Source of the DNA: Octopus sinensis
Lineage: Eukaryota
Length of the DNA: 14,017 bases
Assembly (NCBI RefSeq): GCF_006345805.1
Contig: NW_021825937.1
Span: forward strand, 1 to 14,017
Direction: 5' to 3'
The notes beneath the pieces were generated by a model. That model was not told the origin of the DNA. It saw only the letters and a program-made list of their open reading frames with translations, and searched no databases. The position numbers and the translations under genes are program-made. Below, piece by piece: positions 1-7,997 of the stretch; the stretch's first letter is position 1; every line of letters starts with the position of its first letter.

Positions 1-130
1 GGCCCAACTTTGTCACACTCTGTGTTACGCTGAATCTCCCCAGAACTACATTAAGGGTACACCTGTCTGTGGAGTGCTCAGCTACTTGCACGTTAATTTC
101 ACGAGCAGGCTGTTCCATTGATCGGAGTGC
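1..130 (+). mobile_element. 3' part of an interspersed retroposon (SINE-like), cut by the window start
   Basis: High-complexity segment (ttaagggtacac...gtggagtgctcagc...cacgttaatttcacgagcaggctgttcc...ggagtgcc) that I recall as a common octopus repeat end, followed by a microsatellite. No second copy in the window, so support is recall only. Confidence 0.45.
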
Positions 131-142
131 CACGCTATATAC

Positions 143-180
143 ATGTGTGTGTGTGTGTGTGTGTATATAGATACATACAT

Positions 181-219
<39 letters not shown>

Positions 220-222
220 CAC

Positions 223-265
<43 letters not shown>

Positions 266-266
266 T
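143..266. repeat. Compound microsatellite (TG)n-(TACA)n-(CA)n-(TA)n
   Basis: Directly visible tandem repeats. Confidence 0.97.
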
Positions 267-683
267 GATAGTGTGCTGTTGAGAATAGAAACTAGTAATA
301 GTGACCAGTACAAAGTACGCTGTAATAATTTGAAAATAATAAGAAAAAATTATTTGTCTATGAAAGTGATAGAAAATAAAAATAATAAAATTTGAGCAAC
401 TACCTTAACTGCATCGTTTTAAAAATATATTTTACGCTGAAGAATTCCTCGGAATATCCTAAAATCGCGAATAACTTTACGATGGGACCAGAATTAGCTT
501 AAGACGTGAAAACGCTTGCACTGTAAGGCTACACTGTCTGTAACGGAAGATTAACATTCTGAAAAATTGCTCTGTTTTACTGCAATGAGGAAGAGAAAAA
601 TAACTCTCTAATTAAAAGTTCCTGGAATGCATGCAGAACAGCGGAAATCCAAATATTAACATATCTATTCATTCTATAAAATA

Positions 684-1044
684 TTGTTCTTAAGGAGAAT
701 ATTAAGGATAGTACGAACTGATAAGGTGTCTAATGAAGAAGTGACGACTCGGGCTGCAGTAAATAAGCACTGATTTCGGGAGACAAGTGCTAAGCAACTG
801 AGATTCCTTGGCCATGTGATGAGGAAAGAGAACCTAGAGAATTTAGCGACGACCGGAAAGGTTGAAAGGAAAAGAAGCAGAAAAAGAAGGATTATATGAA
901 TGTCAAGCTTGACGAACTGATTGGAAGAATGAGACATTAAACATTAGGAAGTGGAACTGTTACAAAAACAAAGAACAGAAAATTGTGGCAAGACATGCGA
1001 TCTCTGTTCTTTGAATTCTGGACGTGGTATCTAAAAAAATAAAA
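684..1044 (+). mobile_element. 5'-truncated RTE-clade non-LTR retrotransposon, 3' end of the ORF (pseudogenised)
   Basis: Frame from 684 reads LFLRRILRIVRTDKVSNEEVTTRAAVNKH*FRETSAKQLRFLGHVMRKENLENLATTGKVERKRSRKRR. This matches the RTE C-terminal pattern (RRxLRIxWxDKVxNEEV...QLxFLGHxMRKExLExLxxTGKxEGKRxRGR). After frameshifts it continues VELLQK/TKNRKLWQDM and ends GRGI* (TAA 1032-1034), then an A-rich tail. Stop at 771-773. Degenerate TSD: attcattct(ataa)aatatt at 667-685 vs attcattct(t)aatatt at 1046-1061. Confidence 0.85.
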
Positions 1045-1045
1045 G

Positions 1046-1722
1046 ATTCATTCTTAATATTTTGTGACAGACTTGAACGTGAATATCTGACTGTTGTTGT
1101 TTTTCGTCATCGGAGAACACCTCCTTATTTTAGACGATGTGTGTTCATAACACACGGGATTCATCGGTGTAAGAGGACTTTGGACAACAGCTGGAGTTTC
1201 AGCCTTGTGTGTTTCCTCAATCTAAGCTACCTCACCGGACCATTGAACCTAAGAACACGACAGTGGAGTTTCAGCCATGTGTGTTTCCTCGATCTAAGCT
1301 ACTACACCGGACTATTGAATCTATGAATACGAGTTCTTGTTTACAGAAATCAGCAAACAAATTATTTGCTGATGCGTGCTGCTTATGGGGTGCACACTAG
1401 TATCAAAACGTATAGCATATTTGTTCATTCTTAATTCGTTCTTGCAGTTTCGACCATGAATGTCTGATCACTGTTGTTTTTCCTCATCAGAGAATACCTC
1501 CTTCCTTTAGATGGCGTGTGTTTATAGCACACGCGATTCATGGACTTTGAAACATCGCGGCGTTTCGACTGTTGTGTTTCTCCTCAGTCACAGCTGTTCA
1601 ACCTGACCGATTAATCTGAGAAAAGCACGTATTTTTGTTTATAAGAATCAACAAACAAAATTAATTGATGACACGTGTTAGTCTGGTATCTACCAAACAG
1701 ATACTAATGAATGGGATGCACG
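1046..1722. repeat. Diverged ~377-bp tandem duplication (unit 1 ~1046-1400 plus its displaced 5' edge ~650-675; unit 2 ~1400-1722)
   Basis: 1046-1164 aligns without gaps to 1423-1541. Further collinear matches: ggacttt, tgtgtttc, atca(g/a)caaacaaa and atggg(g/a)tgcac. Confidence 0.9.
1192..1335. repeat. 72-bp tandem duplication nested inside unit 1
   Basis: tggagtttcagcc starts at 1192 and 1264. The two copies differ at about 8 of the first 69 positions. Confidence 0.95.
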
Positions 1723-1971
1723 TAAGTGGAGTTCCATCGGTTGCGACGACGAACATTCCACTTAGATATTATAATTTTTCAAATCCACCGCGCAAGCGCA
1801 GTTTTTGTTGGCGGCAAATAAAATAATGCCGACTTGCTTCAAAAAATTGCCAAAATTATTAATAAATATCAGCGTAGGAAAAATTTTAGAAATTTTTACT
1901 ATTGAAAAATTATAATATGTAAGCATGAAGTATGTACTGTATTGCTTCGTATTTATATGTTAATCTTTTGG

Positions 1972-2046
1972 TATTCCTGCTGATGAGACCTTCGCCTGGC
2001 AAATTACTTTGTTTGTATTTAAAGTTCGAAACCATGGTCCGGGATA
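1972..2046 (+). ncRNA. Minimal type I hammerhead ribozyme (predicted cleavage after C2039)
   Basis: Stem I TATTCCTG(1972-1979)/CGGGATA(2040-2046). Core CTGATGA 1980-1986. Stem II GACCTT(1987-1992)/AAGTTC(2022-2027), 5 of 6 paired with the G10.1-C11.1 pair intact. GAAA 2028-2031. Stem III A-U and C-G pairs closing a CATG loop (ACCATGGT palindrome). GUC cleavage triplet 2037-2039. Confidence 0.72.
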
Positions 2047-2181
2047 AAGATGGTAAATGCTTCTTTTTTCATTCCCTTCGAAATTACCCCTAACAGTGAT
2101 TTGAATTTTGACTGCACCTTCTAGCGAATTAGATGTCCTATTAGGGACAAGCCTCTTATGCGTTTAAGTGTAGACTGTTTT

Positions 2182-2420
2182 TATATGAATAATATATAGT
2201 CTATTGACAAGTTTTCTACATGCTAGGCCACTGGTAGTAAAAATTTCTAAAATTTTTCCTACCTTGATATTTATTAATATATATATATATAATTCATATA
2301 AAATATAAAATATAAATATATGAATAATATATAATCTATTGACTAAATTATTTTGCGCTAGGCCACTGGTAATAAAAAAATTCTATAATTCTTATTACCC
2401 TAATATTATTTATATATATA
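2182..2420. repeat. ~135-bp diverged tandem duplication
   Basis: tatatgaataatatata(g/a)tctattgac at 2182 and 2317; gctaggccactggta(g/a)taaaaa in both copies. Confidence 0.9.
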
Positions 2421-2610
2421 TGTATGCATGTGTACACACACACACACACACACACACATATATGCATACATACACACATACATACATACATACATACATA
2501 CATACGTACATACATACATACATACATACATACATACATACATACATACATACATACATACATACATACATACACACATATATATATATATATACATACA
2601 TACATACACT
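2410..2610. repeat. Compound microsatellite (CA)n-(TACA)n-(TA)n
   Basis: Directly visible. Confidence 0.97.
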
Positions 2611-2744
2611 CAAGTATGGGCATACATACACTGTACGCATGTGCAAAGACACTTGTAGATGCACATACTATTACTTTGAGTAATACTCTGAGAATCCATT
2701 TCTTGTTTTTTGCAATGTCTTCAGGACCCTGCACCTACTACTCT

Positions 2745-3000
2745 CCCCTTTCTCATCTCTCTCTCTCTCTCTCGCTCTCTCTCCCCCCTCTCTCTCTCTT
2801 CTCTTTCTCTCTGCATTTCTCTATCTGTCTGTATCTCTCTCAACGTCTCTTTGCTCTTCTGAATTTGCCACTCTCCCTCTCTCTCTCCCCTTCTCTGTCG
2901 TCTTTACTCTCTCTCCCTTTCTCGTTCGTTCTCTTGGTTTTAATCTCTTTTCTTTCTATATTACCCTCTATGAGCATTATACTTTTTTTCCCAAGTCTCT
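2745..3000. repeat. (CT)n-derived polypyrimidine low-complexity tract
   Basis: Degenerate CT repeats. Confidence 0.9.
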
Positions 3001-3037
3001 TATTGTTTATTATTTATTGTTCTTATATGCCATCATC

Positions 3038-3093
<56 letters not shown>

Positions 3094-3137
3094 TGTTGTT
3101 GTTGTGGTAGTTGTAGTTGTTGAAGCTGTCGTTGTTG
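3038..3137. repeat. (TAG)n grading into (TTG)n
   Basis: Directly visible. Confidence 0.95.
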
Positions 3138-3239
3138 AACTATTTAAATGTTCCATCTAGATATCCTTCCACCATTAGCAAGATGGTCATACCTCACGAA
3201 TCGCCTACGCTATCATTATTGTCATAGCCATCGACAATG

Positions 3240-3827
3240 TCATCACCACCACAATCACTACTACCACCACACCACCACCACCGCCACCGCCACCACCACC
3301 ACCACCACCGCTACTACCACCACCACCGCTACTACCACCACCACCGCTACACCACCACCGCTACCACTACCAACACCACTACTAACACCACACCACCACA
3401 ACAACACCACCACTAGCACCACCACTACTACCACCAACACCACTACTCCCACCACACTACCATCACCACCACCGCAACCACAACCCCCGCCACCACCACA
3501 ACCATCTCCACCACCACTATCACCACCACCGCCGCCACCACCAGTACCACGATCCCTTCCACCATCAATCACCTCCGCCTCCGAAACAAACCTCCATTAT
3601 TATCTAAAACCACCACTCGCTACAAGAAGCACCAGTATGATTACCATTACCAAGATCGACATACCAACACACCACCACCACCACCACCACCGACACCACC
3701 TATACTTCTATTTTCATTCTTTCGCTTTTCTTCATATTTCACTTTTACTTCCTTGGTGGCATTTCACATCATCATCATTGTTCATCATCGTCGACCACCT
3801 CCTCCTCCTCCTCACCACCCCACCAAA

Positions 3828-3864
<37 letters not shown>

Positions 3865-3952
3865 TCATCACCATCAGCATCATCATCACTACCACCATCA
3901 CCGCCACCGCCACCATCGCCGTCGTCCTCATCATCGTCATCATCATCATCGT

Positions 3953-3983
<31 letters not shown>

Positions 3984-4050
3984 AGCAGCATCCCCATCCC
4001 CATCACCACCACCACTACCACCATTATCACCATCACGATGATTAGTCTCA

Positions 4051-4084
<34 letters not shown>

Positions 4085-4244
4085 GATGATGATGATCATC
4101 ATCACCACCATCATCATTATCATTATCATCATTATCATCACCTCAGTCGCTACCACCTCCATCTCCACCAGCACCATTAGCATTGTCATCATCAAGATTA
4201 TTATTATCATTATTGTATTATTATTATTGTTATTATTATTATTA

Positions 4245-4300
<56 letters not shown>
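3240..4300. repeat. Trinucleotide low-complexity array (ACC/ACT/CAT/CAG) ending in (ATT)n at ~4200-4300
   Basis: Directly visible. Source of the spurious poly-T/P/H/I/S/Y ORFs. Confidence 0.95.
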
Positions 4301-4301
<1 letters not shown>

Positions 4302-4624
4302 GCACCATACCGTTGCTTCTACACTTTAAATCATTTAAGAAGCGTTGCAAAATACCTCTTATTACAGAAAGCACTTAACCCGCCTGCCCCCTGTACATCA
4401 CAGCATTATCTGAAACCCGTCCCTCTTGCTCTCTGGCTCTCTGTTTCCTTTACAAACAAACACCATTTTCTCAATTCTCAATATTGTTATCTCCCTTCCT
4501 GTCTGTCGCTCTCCACCCTTCTACAGTTTGTAATTCTACTTTCTGTCGTCTTTATTTTTCTCTCTCATTTCTTCTTTCTGTCTTTCCTAACTTTAAAAGC
4601 AAGGCCTAAAAAAATTATTTTTTC

Positions 4625-4670
4625 TAATGCTTTATATATATATATATATTAATATATATATTATATATAT

Positions 4671-4709
<39 letters not shown>

Positions 4710-4734
4710 CATATATATATAAGCTTGGACGTGA

Positions 4735-4771
<37 letters not shown>

Positions 4772-4913
4772 CATATGAGTATATACATACATGTATATAC
4801 ATATATATATGGATACAAATAATATATACTTACATATATATATGTATATATATCTATATACATTTGTGCATATGTAAATATATATACGCGTGAGTATGTG
4901 TGTGTGTACGCAG

Positions 4914-4953
<40 letters not shown>

Positions 4954-5100
4954 TTGTGTGTGTCTGTGTGTGTATGTGTACATATGCATGTATACATACA
5001 GATAAAGATATATACTATATATACATATATAAATATACCTATACACACACACATACGCATACATGCATAGACGTACATATTCATATACTACAAAGTGTAA
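4625..5100. repeat. Degenerate (TA)n/(TG)n/(CA)n compound microsatellite
   Basis: Directly visible. Confidence 0.95.
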
Positions 5101-5137
5101 TATACAAACAATGGTAAATGAAACCGCCGCTTCGTCT

Positions 5138-5315
5138 CTAATAAATAAATAAATAAATAAATATATAAGTAAATAAATAAAAACAAAAATAAGAATAAAA
5201 TGTAAAATATAGTAACAGTAAAAATAATGAAATACTACTACCCACAACGACCATAACAACAAGAACAAGAAACAAAAGATGTAACACACACTCTTCCATC
5301 AGAGAAAGCGTAATG

Positions 5316-5371
<56 letters not shown>
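5138..5371. repeat. (AAAT)n, A-rich tract and (AAT)n
   Basis: Directly visible. Confidence 0.92.
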
Positions 5372-5694
5372 CAATCCGCTTCATTTTTTAAAAATCTTTT
5401 TTTTGATTTTGTGTTTTATTTTGGTTTGTAAAAGATATTTATTGATTACTTGAAGTATGACAGTCCTTCGTTGTACCCACGTTTAACAAACACCAACAAA
5501 AAAAAATGGCCGACAAGGAAAGTAAACGAAACATTCCAAGAAAAATCAATTTAAACTCGCTGTTTTTTGTAGCAGTAGAAGTAGTAGCAGTGGTGTCATT
5601 ATTTTATGGTTAGCCCCAGATCAGCTCTGACCTAGAAGACCTATAACTCAAATTCGTTCCATACGTGACCCTCCTGTCTTAAATTTATGGCTTT

Positions 5695-5922
5695 GATCTT
5701 GTATCTTTTACTTGTTTCAGTCAATAGATTGCGGCTATGCTACGCGTGCCGCTTAGAAAAGGGTCTCCATCGAATAAATCGATTGCAGTACTTATATTTT
5801 AAAGCATCTCGTACTTAATCTATCCGTTCTTTTGCTGAACCGCTAAGTTACGGGGACGTAAACAAACTAAAGCCAGTTTTCATGTGGTGTATGAGAGTGA
5901 CACTGACAGAAACACACACACA

Positions 5923-5986
<64 letters not shown>

Positions 5987-6138
5987 AGTAAGCACACATG
6001 GCAGGCTTTCACACAGTTTCCATCATCCAGATTCCTTCACAAGACATTAGTTGATCCATGGCTATTATAGAGGACACTTGCCCAAGATGACATGCAGTGG
6101 AGCTGAACCTGAAACCGCCTTAATCACACAACGATGCC
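5695..6138 (-). mobile_element. tRNA-derived SINE (family C here) with an internal microsatellite; CORE-like motif cttgggcaagt
   Basis: The reverse complement aligns along its length with 6404-6840: head ggcatcgttgtgtgattaag, B-box-like ggttcagctcc, catcttgggcaagtgtcctcta, internal (TA)/(TG)n, cccgtaacttagcggttcagcaaaag, and tail gcatagccgcaatctattgactgaaacaagtaaaag. Confidence 0.88.
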
Positions 6139-6139
6139 T

Positions 6140-6225
6140 ATCTGCAATGTGCCTTCTTTCCATTTAAAAGATGATAGGTTATCAGTCGAATGAGATTTGA
6201 CTACTATTTCTAATAAGTTGAGTGA
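6140..6225 (+). repeat. Short interspersed repeat fragment (family D here), copy 1
   Basis: ttccatttaaaaga...gaatgagatttgactactatttcta resembles 6340-6397 and the reverse complement of 12085-12160. Confidence 0.6.
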
Positions 6226-6339
6226 TTATTCCGAAGTGCCTTGTGGTGTTGTTTAACAAAAGTCCACTGCTGATCGAACTGGTATATCATCCTATACGTC
6301 CCAAATATAACTGTCTTGTATTTTTCTTTTGGCTATTTC

Positions 6340-6397
6340 ATTACTTTTAAAGACAGTACAGTGTGATTTTGGGAGATATTTAACTGCTACTTCTAGC
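6340..6397 (+). repeat. Family D fragment, copy 2, ending where the + strand family C SINE begins
   Basis: ttttaaagacag...gggagatatttaactgctacttctagc matches the other two copies. Confidence 0.6.
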
Positions 6398-6403
6398 GTA
6401 AAT

Positions 6404-6582
6404 GCAGGCGCGCTCTGCATTAAAAAGTTTTCTCCGTAACCACATGGTTCCGAGTTCAGTCCCATCACGTGGCACCTTGGTGAGGTATCTTCTACTATAC
6501 CCTCAGGCCGACCAAAGCCTTGTGAGTGGATTTGATAGACGGAACCTGAAAGAAGCTCCTCGTCGTGTGTGTATATATATAT

Positions 6583-6615
<33 letters not shown>

Positions 6616-6840
6616 GCACACACACACACACACACACACACATGTATGTGAGTGCGTGTGCGCGCATGTGTGTGTCATTCGTGTTTGTTTAAGTCCTTGT
6701 AACTGGGCGGTTCGACAAAACAGACCTGTATAGTAAGTGCCGTACTTAAAAGAAAAGTACTAGGTCGAGATGATCTACTAAACTCTTTAATGCCGTGCCC
6801 CAGCATGGCCGCAGTTGAATGAGTGAAACGAATTAAAGCA
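6404..6840 (+). mobile_element. tRNA-derived SINE (family C), near full length, with an internal microsatellite
   Basis: Head gcaggcg..., B-box-like gagttcagtcc (6452-6462), gcaccttggtgaggtatcttctactata (CORE-like start), internal (TA)n(CA)n(TG)n at ~6565-6675, and tail gtgccccagcatggccgcagttgaatgagtgaaac. Inverted homolog at 5695-6138. Confidence 0.88.
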
Positions 6841-7243
6841 TAATAGAAAAGCTCATATTTTATATTCGAAGTGTACCAAGTACCACATGGTTCAATACAC
6901 CATTTTGTTTTTAAGATGAGAAATGTATGCTTCTAGGGAGATTCGCGTTTTATTTCTTGCTGGTCGTGAATCTTGTGACAGCTTTCTCGTTGGCCCTATT
7001 CGCATTCATAATAAACGTCAGCCATTGATGTCCGTAATATCACCAACCAATTATCGAAGCAATTGGCTTCAATTATTGAAGCAATTGGCACTCATTTCTA
7101 CTGTTAACGACCCATCATGTTTATCAAAACGTTCATTAGTCTCATTCACCAATGTGATGAATATTCAATTCCTTCACCCTGCGCGATCAATGTTGCGTAT
7201 CAATAGGGCCTTAGATTAACTCTATTAAACCCACTCGCCTTAC

Positions 7244-7345
7244 CTCTCGAAGAAATCCCGGTAATTATTGCCGACAGTTCGCTGAACTGATTCAGAAAAA
7301 ACAGCTTGTCCTGTTCAGATTTGAACATACACTTCAAATCGTGAC
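7244..7345 (-). CDS. Candidate internal coding exon (102 nt, phase 1-1) of an unidentified gene
   Basis: Minus strand reads tttcaatcccAG|gtcacg...tcgagag|GTAAGG. Only one frame is open: (x)HDLKCMFKSEQDKLFFLNQFSELSAIITGISSR. It lies in unique, high-complexity sequence. I recognise no homology and the polypyrimidine tract is short. Confidence 0.3.
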
Positions 7346-7429
7346 CTGGGATTGAAATCGTTTATCCAGTCACATATTTTGTCTATAGGATTTTCTTCCA
7401 TTTAGTTGAAGAAGCAGTTTTACTGGTGT

Positions 7430-7642
7430 CTTGTGTGTGTGTATGTGTCTGTGTGTGTGTGTGTGTGTGAATACTTCTGTGTATGTATGTATGTATGTAT
7501 GTATGTATGTATGTATGTATGTATGTATGTATGTATGTATGTATGAATGTATATATGTATATATGGAGGTTTGTATGCATGATTGTATGCGTGAGTGTAT
7601 ATAGGTCTGTATGTATGTAAGTATGAGTATATGTGTGTGTGT
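7430..7642. repeat. Compound microsatellite (TG)n-(TATG)n
   Basis: Directly visible. Confidence 0.96.
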
Positions 7643-7867
7643 AAGCAATACAAACTATTAATTACACGTTCGTTAGTGACAAACTTAGTGATTAAGTGGA
7701 GATTCATTAACATCTAAATTCGTATGTAAAAGTGAAGGTTTTATTTTCTCCGCCCCCAATGGGAAAAAATGTGAAAAGCTTATTCATTTTGAGCGTTATG
7801 CGGAAGGACTGTTGCATGGGGCATGAATCTTAAAAAACAAAAATAAATTATTTCTATTTAAAATATT

Positions 7868-7997
7868 CTTTTCTACTCTAGGCACAAGGCCCGAAATTTT
7901 GGGGGAGGAACCAGTCGATTAGATCGACCCCAGTACGCAACTGGTTCTTAATTCATCGATCCTGAAAGGATGAAAGGCAAAGTTGACCTCGGCGGAA
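7868..7997 (-). mobile_element. 5'-truncated tRNA-derived SINE (family B body, alternative tail) with a 17-bp TSD
   Basis: The reverse complement matches 12778-12864 (aaattccgccgaggtc(a/g)actttgcctttcatccttt...ctggggtcgat..aatcgac). TSD tttctatttaaaatatt (7851-7867) vs tttctgtttaagatatt (7998-8014), 2 mismatches. Confidence 0.9.

Noticed and set aside
437-455. CTGAAGA followed by the attcc/ggaat hairpin (hammerhead-like start)
   Set aside because: No GAAA follows the stem and there are no stems I or III.
404-458. 55-nt minus-strand AG..GT segment with one open frame (YSEEFFSVKYIFKTMQL), phase-compatible with the 7244-7345 candidate exon
   Set aside because: The donor (GTAGTT) is weak, it overlaps the putative old tandem unit, and short open segments like this are expected by chance.
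674-937. 87-aa minus-strand ORF
   Set aside because: It is the antisense of the RTE remnant.
1024-1400. ORFs 1024-1326 and 1209-1400 with a 24-aa repeat
   Set aside because: They are produced by the 72-bp duplication. Only 3 of 7 changed codons are synonymous, the frames are not kept in unit 2, and I recognise no domain.
2031-2058. Kozak-like accATGG followed by a GTAAAT donor-like site (MVRDKD)
   Set aside because: The ATG is the palindromic stem III loop of the hammerhead, and no downstream + strand exon was found.
2339-5374. Many ORFs (HTYI, VCMY, poly-T/P/H/I/S/Y, up to 297 aa)
   Set aside because: These are stop-free readings of di-, tri- and tetranucleotide repeats, open on both strands and in several frames.
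5503-5514. AAAATGGCCGAC, a YY1-like motif
   Set aside because: Isolated motif at the end of an A run with no other promoter evidence.
6292-6692. ORFs of 128 aa (-) and 96 aa (+)
   Set aside because: They lie within a SINE and its internal microsatellite.
6923-7219. 98-aa + strand ORF in unique sequence
   Set aside because: No recognisable motif, and its length is within chance expectation.
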